DNA of 59,878 bases from Bacilli bacterium (GTDB lineage: Bacteria; Bacillota_I; Bacilli_A; RF39; UBA660), in the NCBI GenBank assembly GCA_051872655.1, contig JBJEEB010000005.1, positions 1-59,878 on the forward strand, given 5' to 3'. Below, one piece after another: positions 29,001 to 39,018 of the stretch. The first letter of the stretch is position 1; each line of letters begins with the position of its first letter. Made by a program: the position numbers and the translations under genes. The notes under the pieces are model-generated. The model had not been told where the DNA came from. It worked only from the letters and a program-made list of their open reading frames with translations, and searched no databases.

Positions 29001-32000
29001 ACATTAAGTAAAGAATATGATGATTTCAATAAAAGATATGGTTATATTAATGATAGTGTAAATGCACGAGCATTTGATAGTGATCCAGATTATTATTTGC
29101 TTACTTCTATTGAAAATAAAATTAGTAAGGATGAAGAAGATGATAAACCTAAATATGAAAAGGGAGATGTCTTTACTAAAAGGACAATAAGAAAAAGCAA
29201 AACTATTACAAGTGCTGAAAACGCTGAACAAGCATTAAGGTATTCTCTTAATAATCGTGGTTGTGTTGATTTTGAATATATGAAAACATTATATCCAAAA
29301 GAAGATAATGAAATTATAGAGGAGTTAGATAATTTAATATATCAAGATCCAGCAAAGATAAATGATTTTAATAATGGATGGGTAATTGCTAGTGAATATT
29401 TAAGTGGTAATGTAAAGCAAAAACTTAATTATGCTAAATCAGTAAATGAAGATAATAAGTTTGATAAAAATATTGAGGCATTAGAAAAAGTACAACCTAT
29501 ACCACTTGAATATGATGAAATTAGTGTAAAATTAGGTTCAACTTGGATTCCAGAAGATGTCTATCATGAGTTTTGTTGCGAACTTTTAGATATACCAAAA
29601 TATAATAGAAGTTATTTGAAAATAAAATATGCAAAAGAAGTAAATACTTGGTTATTTCAAGCAAGTGGATTATATGGTTATGGTGTAAAAAATACTAATA
29701 CTTGGGGAACTGATAGAGCAGATGCTTTATCAATAATAAAGAATACTCTTAATCTTCAAAGTATAACTATTTATGACAAATTAGAAGATGAAAGACGAGT
29801 TGTAAATCCAATTGAAACTGCTAATGCAAGAGAAAAACAAGAGGCAATAAAACAAGAATTTAAAGAGTGGATTTGGAAAGATGAAGATAGAAGAAATAGA
29901 CTTGTTAAACTATATAATGAAAATTTTAATTGCATGAGAGAAAGGGAATTTGATGGAAGTCATTTAACATTCGATGGAATGAATCCCAATATAGAATTAC
30001 GACCTCATCAAAAAGATGCAGTAGCAAGAGTTTTGTATGGAGGTAATACATTACTTGCTCATGCTGTTGGTGCAGGAAAAACTTATGAATGTATTGCAAG
30101 TGCTATGGAATTGAAAAGATTGGGAATTGTAAGTAAGCCAATGTTTGTTGTCCCTAATCATTTATTAGGACAATGGGCAAATGAAGTTTTAAAATTGTAT
30201 CCTACTGCAAATATTTTAGTAGCAACTCAAAAAGATTTTGAAAAAACTAGAAGAAAAAAACTAATGGCAAGAATTGCAACAGGAGAATGGGATGCAGTTT
30301 TAATTGCTCATTCTAGTTTTGGTTTAATTCCAATGAGTAAAGAATATGAAAAGAAACATATTGAAAAAGAAATAGAAGAAGTTGTTAGTGCCATTGAAAG
30401 AATAAAAGCAGAATCAGGTGATGGTTTAAGTGTAAAGAAACTTGAACAAATAAAAACGAGTATGGATACTAAATTAAAAGTATTATTAGATGCACCGAAA
30501 GATGATGTTGTTACATTTGAAGAATTGGGAGTAGATGAACTAATAGTAGATGAGGCACATATGTTTAAAAATCTTCCAATGTTTTCAAAAATAAGAAATG
30601 TTGCAGGTATAAATAACAGTGAATCTAAAAAAGCAACTGACTTGTTTATGAAGATAAGTTACATATTAGAAAATAATGGTGGTAAAGGTGCAGTATTTGC
30701 AACAGGTACTCCAATTTCAAACTCTATGGGAGAATTATTTGCAATGCAAAAATATCTTCAAATTGATAGATTAAGAGAAATGGGATTAGAACATTTTGAT
30801 GAGTGGGCTTCAACATTTGGAGAAGTAGTTAATAGTTTTGAAATTGCACCAGACGGTAGTGGTTTTAGAACAAAAGCAAGATTTGCTCAATTTTTTAATA
30901 TTCCTGAACTTATGACTTTATTTAAAGAAGTAGCTGATATTAAAACATCAAAAATGTTGGATTTACCTGTTCCTAAATTAAAAGGTGGAGATTATAAAAC
31001 AATAGTTGCTCCTAAAAGTGTTGAATTAGGAGAATATGTAGATAAACTTGCTGAAAGAAGTGAAATAATTAGAAATGGTTGTGATCCACGAATTGATAAT
31101 ATGCTTTTAGTAACAAACGATGGAAGAAAAGCAGCACTCGATTTAAGAATGATAGATCCGAATATGCCAGACTTACCTAATTCAAAAATTAATTTAGCAG
31201 TAGAAAATATTTATAGAATATGGTTAGAAAATAAAGAGGACAAGTTAACGCAACTTGTCTTTTGTGATTTATCAACACCAAAGAATGATGGTACTTTCAA
31301 TGTATATGATGACATTAAGAATAAGTTAATTCAAAAAGGAATACCAGAAGATGAAATAGAATTTATTCATAATGCAAAAACTAATCCTCAAAAATTAAAA
31401 TTATTTGAAGATATGAGAAATGGAAATAAAAGAATTTTAATAGGTTCAACTTCTAAAATGGGAGCCGGAATGAATGTTCAAGATAAATTAATTGCTCTCC
31501 ATCATCTTGACTGTCCATGGCGACCAAGTGATATTGAACAAAGAGAAGGAAGAATTTTAAGACAGGGAAATCAAAATGAAGAAGTAGAAATATATAGATA
31601 TGTAACCGAAGGTAGTTTTGATGCCTATTCATATCAATTAATTCAAACAAAATCAACTTTTATAAATCAAATAATGGCAAACTCAAATGGTGGTGGAAGA
31701 ACTGCTGAAGATTTGGATAGAGATACACTTACTTATGCAGAAGTTAAAGCACTTGCAAGTGGTAATCCATTGATATTAGAAAAATTTAAAGTTGAAAATG
31801 AATTAAAACAATTATATTTATCAAAAAGTAGATATGATAGATCACATATTGAACTAGAATCAAAATATAACAGAGAATTGCCAAGACAATTAAAATATCA
31901 AAAACAATATTTAACAGGTTTAGAAGAAGATATCAAAAAAGTGGAAGATTTATCTGCTGATAATTTTAAGATAATTATAAGAGATCAATTTTTTAATTCT

Positions 32001-32438
32001 AGAAAAGATGCTAGTACAAAATTTTACCAATCGTTATCTTTATTAAAGACAGGAGAAGAAATCAAAATAGGAGAGATAAGTGGATTTGATATAATTGGTA
32101 CACGAGAAGAACTAAGGTTTACTCCTGTTGTTTATATTAAGGGTATTGGTAAATATAAGGTTGAAATAAACAACATGGATGAAATAGGTAATATTTTAAA
32201 ATTAGAAAATATGCTCAAAAGTTTTGATAATAAAATAAATACTGTTAAAGAGCAAATCGCCTATACTGAAAAACAACTTGTAGATGTAAAGGAAGAACTA
32301 GATAAGCCATTTGCAAGTCAAGAAAGAATACGAGAATTACAAAAAGAAAAAGCACGAATTGATAGTGAGCTTGATTTAGATAAACAAGAAAACACAAGAG
32401 AAATAGAAGAAAATAATGAAGAAGAAATAGAAAGATAA
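26061..32438 (+). CDS. DarB-like ArdC-N / N6-adenine methyltransferase / SNF2 helicase fusion
   Basis: N-terminal YSxxNxL...TFDEW...R.IK.KSKGI.I (ArdC-N-like); [11 protein letters not shown] and GNVPF MTase motifs; [13 protein letters not shown] and [11 protein letters not shown] helicase motifs. Confidence 0.9.
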   Translation: MNNKFINEYFETRDNTLRDIQSSSYNWNKFITYWSKILDKYSVDNVLNLYSYNSSGRTFMTFDEWNSEEVDRRIKPKSKGIPIIEDDHKIYVFDIRQTYGKDYKLWNYNHYVDKSILNYYQFSVDIINDDNKTINENFYDTFYEISLKQIMNNYMTMSEEEVEFVAKTMTSLFLSKSNFNIYNLPNSYEMLEEMDTDDILKCMQIANKETAIIYKDFVEKTNSLESVQNYIQSNVLFQFKDGKYFNEEEKQNFLSGIENNTFFNNKFLENIYDSYVNKYEHSFKRKVDKVENIISFDKDKVYINNEEVSEEEFDNAFEEIEEEHFNNENNLNVINKNNYVEQMSLFAPREEELASKICDIFNSFDTKYQNTFEVHNVELQRWEHISSKKRNLTILLKSSLIDSLADRENSFTYFNTDKTDEKKLNEGLLNNAFIQSLYKDKDFSISFTPDMIHIYWHNFDDKQFDMSIPSTKLINQDEIDSKELEQIDKEVSNITDDVIDYKVTTAEIIPTRNGIETNVIEEHSYNSNGEEVKEKYPPINYHISDDKIDTSFGAKSRFEDNIKAIELLKKLENEDRNATEEEQEILSRYVGWGGIADAFDERKENWKEEREKLKLLLNEEEYKAAAHSTLSSFYTPNIAIDGIYKALKQFGFEKGNVLEPSCGIGNFFGRLPSEFDKSKLYGVELDSISGRIAKKLYPNAKIEITGYEDSKVADNLFDIAIGNVPFGSNTVYDKRYKDRFLIHDYFFQKTLDKVRDGGIIAFITTDGTLDKKDTRVREYIAKRAEFLGAIRLPNNTFTGNANAKVTSDIIFLKKRDELKLDISDESWIYTSEYDDGITINNYYIDNPNMMLGKMETTTHFDMATCIPFEDRDINVLMNQAIEHLPTNIYEQSSFIENNDTNYEVLDADDSLKNNAFTVINKDGKDIIYQRSFSSLVPYSIQDGMTAKRIIGLCKIKDALREVFNIQLRDGSDEELKFAQETLSKEYDDFNKRYGYINDSVNARAFDSDPDYYLLTSIENKISKDEEDDKPKYEKGDVFTKRTIRKSKTITSAENAEQALRYSLNNRGCVDFEYMKTLYPKEDNEIIEELDNLIYQDPAKINDFNNGWVIASEYLSGNVKQKLNYAKSVNEDNKFDKNIEALEKVQPIPLEYDEISVKLGSTWIPEDVYHEFCCELLDIPKYNRSYLKIKYAKEVNTWLFQASGLYGYGVKNTNTWGTDRADALSIIKNTLNLQSITIYDKLEDERRVVNPIETANAREKQEAIKQEFKEWIWKDEDRRNRLVKLYNENFNCMREREFDGSHLTFDGMNPNIELRPHQKDAVARVLYGGNTLLAHAVGAGKTYECIASAMELKRLGIVSKPMFVVPNHLLGQWANEVLKLYPTANILVATQKDFEKTRRKKLMARIATGEWDAVLIAHSSFGLIPMSKEYEKKHIEKEIEEVVSAIERIKAESGDGLSVKKLEQIKTSMDTKLKVLLDAPKDDVVTFEELGVDELIVDEAHMFKNLPMFSKIRNVAGINNSESKKATDLFMKISYILENNGGKGAVFATGTPISNSMGELFAMQKYLQIDRLREMGLEHFDEWASTFGEVVNSFEIAPDGSGFRTKARFAQFFNIPELMTLFKEVADIKTSKMLDLPVPKLKGGDYKTIVAPKSVELGEYVDKLAERSEIIRNGCDPRIDNMLLVTNDGRKAALDLRMIDPNMPDLPNSKINLAVENIYRIWLENKEDKLTQLVFCDLSTPKNDGTFNVYDDIKNKLIQKGIPEDEIEFIHNAKTNPQKLKLFEDMRNGNKRILIGSTSKMGAGMNVQDKLIALHHLDCPWRPSDIEQREGRILRQGNQNEEVEIYRYVTEGSFDAYSYQLIQTKSTFINQIMANSNGGGRTAEDLDRDTLTYAEVKALASGNPLILEKFKVENELKQLYLSKSRYDRSHIELESKYNRELPRQLKYQKQYLTGLEEDIKKVEDLSADNFKIIIRDQFFNSRKDASTKFYQSLSLLKTGEEIKIGEISGFDIIGTREELRFTPVVYIKGIGKYKVEINNMDEIGNILKLENMLKSFDNKINTVKEQIAYTEKQLVDVKEELDKPFASQERIRELQKEKARIDSELDLDKQENTREIEENNEEEIER

Positions 32439-32457
32439 AAGTTTTTAATTTTTTTGC

Positions 32458-32497
32458 AAAAAAACTCTTGCAAAATTTGCTTTTTTAAGTGATAAAT
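32458..32497 (+). promoter_or_regulatory. 40-bp promoter-like element, copy 2
   Basis: 38/40 identical to 5891-5930. Confidence 0.75.
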
Positions 32498-32555
32498 GGA
32501 ACGAAGAAAAAAAGTCATTAAATATATCTAATTTAAGCACTGTTAAACTTAGAGT

Positions 32556-32867
32556 ATGGGGTTGAACAGTTATAAGTATAAAAAAATAAAACCTCTTAAA
32601 ATGGCTTTAATTCGTTATTTGAAAGGAGATGCTTTTTTGGAACAGAAAATTACATTAAATTATCGGCTATTAGATTGGTTATCATCAGTAATTAAAGATA
32701 TTATTGAAGATACTATAGAAGATGAACCGAACAAAATATCAACATTTATAGCAGTAAACAATATGATTAATCAATTGGATAATGATACTGCAAGTGATGA
32801 TATATCTAACTTAATCAGTGAAACATTAATTAATAAATTATTTGATGAGATTAAAAATAGTATATAA
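32556..32867 (+). CDS. Hypothetical protein (start uncertain)
   Basis: 103-aa ORF with weak RBS; basic N-half and acidic C-half. Confidence 0.55.
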   Translation: MGLNSYKYKKIKPLKMALIRYLKGDAFLEQKITLNYRLLDWLSSVIKDIIEDTIEDEPNKISTFIAVNNMINQLDNDTASDDISNLISETLINKLFDEIKNSI

Positions 32868-32881
32868 GGGAGGAATGAATT

Positions 32882-33388
32882 ATGTATATTACAGATACTA
32901 CTGAAAATGTTAGAAAATTAATATTAGAATTAGAACAAAAAGATGATTTAAACAAATTAAAGTTTCTTATTTATATATTTGGTTTACTAAACAATGATCA
33001 AATAAATGATAAGAATGAAGCAAATCCAAATATTATTGAAGACGATAATATAAAGATATTTTCACTCGAATTATTTGGATTGCCAATGAATGCTTGTACT
33101 ATATTATTACAATATTTTGCAATGCTTTATAATAAATTAACAAATACCAAAGATGCTTATGAAGATAATGGAAATGTTTTGGGTATTAAAGTTACTGATG
33201 AAGACATTTATTTAGCATCACAATTTGAAAAATTGAATTTTAATGAAAAATTAGATTTATTTAGTGAAATTTTTATTAGGTATGATAATGAAACATATTT
33301 TAGTCAAAAAATAACAATTATTACTCTTGATCCGAAATCAAATGGATTTGATTTTGCTAAAATCATAAAAGATTTTAAAAGTAAGTAG
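32882..33388 (+). CDS. Hypothetical protein
   Basis: RBS gggagg; 168 aa; no motif I recognise. Confidence 0.7.
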   Translation: MYITDTTENVRKLILELEQKDDLNKLKFLIYIFGLLNNDQINDKNEANPNIIEDDNIKIFSLELFGLPMNACTILLQYFAMLYNKLTNTKDAYEDNGNVLGIKVTDEDIYLASQFEKLNFNEKLDLFSEIFIRYDNETYFSQKITIITLDPKSNGFDFAKIIKDFKSK

Positions 33389-33401
33389 TATTTAAAAAAA
33401 T

Positions 33402-33425
33402 AATCGTAGAAATACGATTTTTTTT
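33402..33425 (+). terminator. Intrinsic terminator, identical to 22489-22512
   Basis: aatcgta-gaaa-tacgatt followed by a T tract. Confidence 0.8.
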
Positions 33426-33492
33426 TGTCTAAAAAAGTAGGTATATAAGATGAAAAAAAATTTAATATCAAGAGTAATAGGAGCAGTTAATT

Positions 33493-33669
33493 ATGAATGT
33501 TGTAGTAAATAAGAAAATTTTAAATTTAGATGAAACATCAAAAAATAAACTAAATGCAAGGATAATTATTGCTCTATTTAAAAATATGTACAATCAAAAT
33601 AAGATTACAAAAAAAGAGTATGATTCTCTAATTTCAAGTGTTAATCGCACATTTAATTTAAATAAATAA
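33493..33669 (+). CDS. 58-aa SHOCT-like protein upstream of the recombinase (not in the ORF track)
   Basis: RBS ggag; MNVVVNKKILNLDETSKNKLNARIIIALFKNMYNQNKITKKEYDSLISSVNRTFNLNK. Confidence 0.6.
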   Translation: MNVVVNKKILNLDETSKNKLNARIIIALFKNMYNQNKITKKEYDSLISSVNRTFNLNK

Positions 33670-33708
33670 TTATGATAAAGTTCTATTAAAGAAAGTGGGT
33701 GAAATATT

Positions 33709-35451
33709 ATGGTAAGAAATGTGGCGATATATGCAAGAGTATCTACTGAACATGAGGCACAATTATCTGCTCTTGAAAATCAAGTACAATATTATGATAA
33801 TATTTTAGCCCAACATCCAGATTGGAAATTGTATAAAAGATATATAGATGAGGGAATTACAGGAACTTCTGTCAAAAAAAGAACAAACTTCTTAAAAATG
33901 TTAAAAGATGCAGAAAGTGGTCTTTTTGACTTAATAATTACTCGAGAGGTATCAAGATTTGCAAGAAATACTGTAGATACACTTCAAGAAACTAGAAAAT
34001 TAAAAAAAATAGGAGTAGAAGTTTATTTCACTGAAGATAATATATGGACTTTTAATGATGAAGATGGTGAACTAAAACTTACTATAATGGCAACACTTGC
34101 CCAGAATGAAAGTAAAAAAACTTCTCAAAGAGTTAAAGCAGGTCAACAAATTTCTTTTGAAAATGGTGTTTATTATGGAAATGGTAATATTCTTGGATAT
34201 GATAAAGTAGGAAATCAAATGATTGTCAATGAAGAACAAGCTAAAATCGTTCGTTTTATTTTCTCATCCTTTCTTAATGGTAAAGGTTCTACAGAAATTA
34301 AATATGAATTAGAAAAGAAGGGATGTCTCACTTCTACAGGGTTAAAGACTTGGAGTGCATCATACATTACAAGAGTTGTAAAAAATCCATTTTATTGTGG
34401 TACTATTGTTTATAGAAAAAGTTTTATTCCAGATTTTCTTGAACAAAAGGCAAAAATAAATAGGGGAGAAGTTGAACAAGTGATTATTGAAGGAAAACAC
34501 GAACCTCTAATTTCAAAAGATGAATTTGAAAGAGTTCAAGAAATTATAAATAAAAGATCTTCTAAAATTAAAGAAAAAAGCAGAGTTGGTCAAGGAATTC
34601 CTAAAAGTATTTGGACTAAAAAACTCGTATGTAATTGTGGTGCATCATTTAATAAAAAACTATACCATAAAAAGAAAGATGGAACTAAATCTTATTGTTA
34701 TCAATGTTACAATCAAAAGAACTTTGGCTCAAAACAAACTAGATTGAAAAAAGGTCTTGATATTTCAAATGCTTGTGATATTAAATTGGTGCAAGAAGAT
34801 AAATTGAAATTAATGGCAAAAGTTGTATTTGATACTATATGGAATGATAAAGAGCAAATTATAAGCATGGCTAATAAATTAATAGACGAAAATATTAAAG
34901 AAGAAAATAATAATGAAGAAATTGACATTGAAATTAAAGAAATTAATAAAAAAATAGATAATATTAATAATAAGATTAATAAACTACTAGATTTATATTT
35001 AGCAGAATCATTATCAAAAGAAATGTATATAAAAAAGAAAGAAGAATTAGATAATACTATCATTAACCTAAATAATAAATTGGAACTTATAGAATCTGAA
35101 CGAACAATTCCAAAAAGTACATTAAAAGAAAAAATAGAAGATTTAAAACAATTTATTTCATATAATTTAAGTATCGATATTGATAAACCAGTAGCTGATG
35201 AATTAATAGATGCATTTGTTGAAAAAATAATTGTGAAAAATGATTGCTTTGAATGGAAATTAAATTGTTTTGATGATATAATTGATATGGATGTAATAAA
35301 AACGCAAAACAATTTATCAAATAAGGTTTTAGATATGCGTGTCAAAAAAACTACTCCCGAACTTGACTGTAACACAAGCCGCAATACGCGAAAATGGAAA
35401 CAAATAGTTCACATTAGAGTACCTGTTGTAAATGGTAAAATAAAATGTTGA
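33709..35451 (+). CDS. Large serine recombinase (ICE integrase)
   Basis: IYARVST, DEGITG, REVSRFARN, recombinase domain NPFYCG, zinc ribbon (CNCG...CYQC), coiled coil. Confidence 0.95.
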   Translation: MVRNVAIYARVSTEHEAQLSALENQVQYYDNILAQHPDWKLYKRYIDEGITGTSVKKRTNFLKMLKDAESGLFDLIITREVSRFARNTVDTLQETRKLKKIGVEVYFTEDNIWTFNDEDGELKLTIMATLAQNESKKTSQRVKAGQQISFENGVYYGNGNILGYDKVGNQMIVNEEQAKIVRFIFSSFLNGKGSTEIKYELEKKGCLTSTGLKTWSASYITRVVKNPFYCGTIVYRKSFIPDFLEQKAKINRGEVEQVIIEGKHEPLISKDEFERVQEIINKRSSKIKEKSRVGQGIPKSIWTKKLVCNCGASFNKKLYHKKKDGTKSYCYQCYNQKNFGSKQTRLKKGLDISNACDIKLVQEDKLKLMAKVVFDTIWNDKEQIISMANKLIDENIKEENNNEEIDIEIKEINKKIDNINNKINKLLDLYLAESLSKEMYIKKKEELDNTIINLNNKLELIESERTIPKSTLKEKIEDLKQFISYNLSIDIDKPVADELIDAFVEKIIVKNDCFEWKLNCFDDIIDMDVIKTQNNLSNKVLDMRVKKTTPELDCNTSRNTRKWKQIVHIRVPVVNGKIKC

Positions 35452-35484
35452 AAAACTTTATTCTTTTGAATAGAGTTTTCTTTT
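35452..35484 (+). terminator. Intrinsic terminator
   Basis: aaaactttattc-tttt-gaatagagtttt followed by T-rich sequence. Confidence 0.6.
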
Positions 35485-35706
35485 ATTTTATTATAAAATA
35501 ATTATAGAATAATATTATGATAATAAATCATATGATTATATTGGATGTTTTTTATTTGAGCAGTATTCTTTCATATAAAAATAAATATTATATACATAGT
35601 TGAAAATTAATTATGTAATAATTTGTATTTGTGATATAATAAAAATATAATTATTGAGAATATTAATTATTTATTTTTAATTAAATAATATGGTGGTGAT
35701 GCAATT

Positions 35707-38184
35707 ATGAAAAATATTTCTAGTGAAATTTTAAAAAATATAAATGGATTAACTGATGATGAAGTAATATTATCAAGAAAGAATAATGGTTCGAATGAAT
35801 TATCTAAGAAGAAGAGAGAACCATTAATATTGAAAATAGTGAATATATTTAAAGAACCAATGTTTTTGCTACTGATAATTGCTGCAAGTGTATATTTTAT
35901 TGTAGGCGAATATGGTGATGGTATTATAATGTTAGTTTTTGTAATTGCTGTTTGCTTTATAGAATTTATTCAAGAAACAAAAACAGACAAAGCATTAGAA
36001 GAATTAAATAAATTATCTTCTTTGAGTGTTAGTGTAATTAGAAATGGAAATCAAAGAGTAATTTCAAGTGAAGAGGTAGTAGTTGGTGATATTGTTATAC
36101 TTGAAGAGGGGGATAAAGTTCCTGCGGATGGTGAAATTTTGTATGCTCAAAGTTTAGGAGTTAATGAGTCTTCTTTAACTGGAGAATCAGAGATTGTTTA
36201 TAAAAATACGAAAATAGATAAAGATAATCATTTTAAATTAAACATGTGTTATTCAGGAACAGATATAACAAATGGTATGGGAATTATTAGAATAACTTCT
36301 GTTGGAAATAAAACAGAAATAGGTTTAATTGGAGACTCTCTTAATTTAGTGAAAAAAGAGAAAAGCCCATTGGAAAAGCAAATAAATAAATTGGTTTTTA
36401 TTTGTACTATAATAAGTGCAATAATATTTTTTATGACATTAATAATTACTTATATAAATAATTCTGAATTAGTCTTTTCACAAAGAATAGTAGAATCTTT
36501 ATTAGCGGGTATTACAATAGCAATGGCAACGATACCTGAAGAAATTCCAGTTATATTGACTGTATTTTTAGCTATGGGTGCTTGGGAATTGACTAAAGAA
36601 AAAACATTAACTAAAAATATGAAAACAATTGAAAATCTTGGAACTGTTAATGTTTTATGTACAGATAAAACTGGTACTATAACAGAAAATAAAATGAAGG
36701 TACAAGACATTTATTCATTTGATAAAGAAATTTTAGATACTTTATATTATGCATGTCCTGTTGTTGCATATGATCCTATGGAGATTGCTATAAAAAAATA
36801 TTGTGAAGAAAAAGAAAAGTTTGATATGAAAGTTAAGATTACAAAAGAATATGCTTTTACTCCTGAAACAAAAATGATGGGTCAGGTATTGAATGATAAA
36901 ATATTGTGTGTAAAAGGTGCATATGAAAGTATTATACCGCTTTGTAATTTGATCGAAGAAGATTATAAAGTAATTGTAAATAAAATAAATGAATTTGCTA
37001 GTGAAGGATATAGGGTATTGGCTGTAGCAAGAAATGATAATTTAGAGGAAATTCCAGATAATTTATTAAATTCTAGATTATCATTTCAGGGATTAGTTGC
37101 ATTATATGATCCACCTAGATATGGTGTTAAATCATCAATAGAAAAATGTCATTCAGCTGGAATTAGAGTTATTATGATTACTGGTGATAATGGTGAGACT
37201 GCTAGAGGGATTGCTAAAAAAATAAATCTTGAAAACTATGATGAGGTTATTACTGGAAAAGAGTTAGAAAAAATGACTGATGAAGAGTTATTTGAAAAAG
37301 TTAAGAAAGTTAATATTTTTGCTAGAGTTTATCCAAATCACAAAATGAGAATAGTGGAGTCTTTACAAAAAGATAATAAAATAGTGGCAATGACTGGTGA
37401 TGGAATAAATGATGCTCCTGCATTAAAAAAGGCAAATATAGGAATTGCTATGGGACAAAGAGGAACTAATGTTGCAAAAGAATCTGCGGATTTAATTCTT
37501 TTAGACGATAATTTTAATACGATTATTAAGGCTATTGAAAATGGTAGAAATATATATTCAAATATAAAAAAGGCTATTTCTTATGTTATTGCAATTCATA
37601 TTCCCATTGCACTTTTATCATTAATTGTACCTATATTTAAACTTCCAACTTTACTATTACCAATTCATGTTATGTTATTGGAATTATTAATAGATCCAAC
37701 GTCTTCTATTATTTTTCAAAGAATTAAATCTAGTAAGAATTTAATGGAATGTAAGCCAAGGAGAATTGATGAACCAATATTAAATTTAAAAAATATAATT
37801 ATGAATTTAGCTCAGGGATTTCTTATTTTTATTGTTGTTTTTGTAATTTATATGTTTTTAATTAAGAATAATATTGATACTAATTTATCTATAACTATTG
37901 CATATTCAATATTAACTTTATCTATAATGTTAATTGCATATCAATTAAAAAATAATGAGACTACAATATCAAATTTTTTAAGAAGTTTTAGAGATAAAGT
38001 TTCTTTAATTGTTAACATTGGTATATTAATAATATTGTTAATATATATATACTTACCATTTTTTAATAAACTGGCTAATACTAGTCCATTATCAATTAAA
38101 TGGTGGCTATTTATACTATTATTTGTTTTACTAGCAGTATTACCATTTGATATATTTAAAATATTAAAAAGTAAAAATAAATAG
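35707..38184 (+). CDS. Cation-transporting P-type ATPase
   Basis: TGES, PEEIP, DKTGT, TGDN and MTGDGINDAPALK motifs. Confidence 0.95.
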   Translation: MKNISSEILKNINGLTDDEVILSRKNNGSNELSKKKREPLILKIVNIFKEPMFLLLIIAASVYFIVGEYGDGIIMLVFVIAVCFIEFIQETKTDKALEELNKLSSLSVSVIRNGNQRVISSEEVVVGDIVILEEGDKVPADGEILYAQSLGVNESSLTGESEIVYKNTKIDKDNHFKLNMCYSGTDITNGMGIIRITSVGNKTEIGLIGDSLNLVKKEKSPLEKQINKLVFICTIISAIIFFMTLIITYINNSELVFSQRIVESLLAGITIAMATIPEEIPVILTVFLAMGAWELTKEKTLTKNMKTIENLGTVNVLCTDKTGTITENKMKVQDIYSFDKEILDTLYYACPVVAYDPMEIAIKKYCEEKEKFDMKVKITKEYAFTPETKMMGQVLNDKILCVKGAYESIIPLCNLIEEDYKVIVNKINEFASEGYRVLAVARNDNLEEIPDNLLNSRLSFQGLVALYDPPRYGVKSSIEKCHSAGIRVIMITGDNGETARGIAKKINLENYDEVITGKELEKMTDEELFEKVKKVNIFARVYPNHKMRIVESLQKDNKIVAMTGDGINDAPALKKANIGIAMGQRGTNVAKESADLILLDDNFNTIIKAIENGRNIYSNIKKAISYVIAIHIPIALLSLIVPIFKLPTLLLPIHVMLLELLIDPTSSIIFQRIKSSKNLMECKPRRIDEPILNLKNIIMNLAQGFLIFIVVFVIYMFLIKNNIDTNLSITIAYSILTLSIMLIAYQLKNNETTISNFLRSFRDKVSLIVNIGILIILLIYIYLPFFNKLANTSPLSIKWWLFILLFVLLAVLPFDIFKILKSKNK

Positions 38185-38253
38185 GTTGTTTTTTAATAAT
38201 ATTATAATTTTTATTAAATAAGAAGGATACTAAAAAAATTATAAGTATTCTTC

Positions 38254-38538
38254 TTATAATTTATTTATTTCTCTATTTATAATATTACCTGTTTTTCTTA
38301 AGGTTTCTTTTGTGACATTGGTATTATTTCCTATGTGATTTTTCCAGTCTTTATTAAAAGTATAACTTCCATTGGTGCATAGAGTTTGAGCTATTAACAT
38401 GATCCAGTTACCTACAGCATTTTGTTCAGTACTAGATAGATTATCTATTAAAGTTAAACCTATTACAAATGCTAGGGTAGTTAATGATTTATCTTCTAAA
38501 TTTTGATTATTCATATTAAATTTTATTCTTTTTTTCAT
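38254..38538 (-). CDS. Small hypothetical protein
   Basis: 94-aa ORF with LSSTEQNAVGNWIMLIAQ segment. Confidence 0.55.
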   Translation of the reverse strand: MKKRIKFNMNNQNLEDKSLTTLAFVIGLTLIDNLSSTEQNAVGNWIMLIAQTLCTNGSYTFNKDWKNHIGNNTNVTKETLRKTGNIINREINKL

Positions 38539-38578
38539 AGATTAGTAGTATAAAGTATAAAAAATATTATTTTAGTAG

Positions 38579-38607
38579 TTGACACTAATCTTTAAAAATG
38601 GTATACT
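38579..38607 (+). promoter_or_regulatory. sigmaA promoter of the tRNA pair
   Basis: TTGACA-17-TATACT. Confidence 0.75.
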
Positions 38608-38695
38608 TATTTTGTTATTCAAACAGAGAAAACTTAGTATATTTTATAGTAATAGTTAATTCCTGTTTTGAAAAAAATTATATAAGATAGTTAAT

Positions 38696-38772
38696 GGACC
38701 CTTAGCTCAGTTGGTTAGAGCATCCGGCTCATAACCGGGCGGTCGCAGGTTCGAGTCCTGCAGGGTCCACCA
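38696..38772 (+). tRNA. tRNA with CAT anticodon, most likely tRNA-Ile2 (lysidine)
   Basis: Cloverleaf, loop CTCATAA, GGACC acceptor typical of Firmicute Ile2, encoded CCA. Confidence 0.9.
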
Positions 38773-38785
38773 ATTAAAATTTTAT

Positions 38786-38869
38786 GCGGGTGTGGCGAAA
38801 TTGGCAGACGCGCTAGACTTAGGATCTAGTGGTTCATCCGTGGGGGTTCAAGTCCCTTCACCCGCACCA
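38786..38869 (+). tRNA. tRNA-Leu(TAG)
   Basis: ctaga-cttagga-tctag anticodon arm, long variable arm, TTCAAGT loop, CCA. Confidence 0.95.
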
Positions 38870-39018
38870 CTTAAGGTTAATATACGTACACTATTATAGA
38901 TGTGCGTTTTTTTATAAAATAAATATATTCATAGTATTTAATATTATGGCTTTTTTGTGCTTAAAAGTTTTACTTAACATTTGCTATAGAAGAATTAAAG
39001 CTTTAACTATAGTTTGAA

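Larger units (their letters stand above)
4745..35451 (+). mobile_element. Integrative conjugative element (MobL relaxase, VirB4/VirD4 T4SS, large serine recombinase); left end unresolved and may include 1-4729
   Basis: Co-oriented conjugation, relaxosome, SOS-mutagenesis, DarB-like and recombinase genes; housekeeping-type genes resume after 35451. Confidence 0.9.

Noticed and set aside
34713-35384. 223-aa minus-strand ORF, and similar antisense ORFs (50503-51327, 22126-22473, 25760-26071, 27721-28041 etc.)
   Set aside because: Shadow frames of AT-rich coding strands (F/L/I/S-rich), lying fully opposite well-supported genes, with no RBS or motifs.
35385-35451. Integrase tail RNTRKWK...VVNGKIK resembles part of ribosomal protein L28
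   Set aside because: Only WK and VNGK match, the intervening residues do not, and the frame stops before the L28 C-terminus; treated as coincidence.
38696-38869. tRNAs as the integration site of the ICE or the coa cluster
   Set aside because: I found no duplicated tRNA 3' end in the window, and the ICE ends ~3 kb away with a serine rather than tyrosine integrase.
38829-39017. 62-aa ORF in the track
   Set aside because: Overlaps tRNA-Leu and its terminator.
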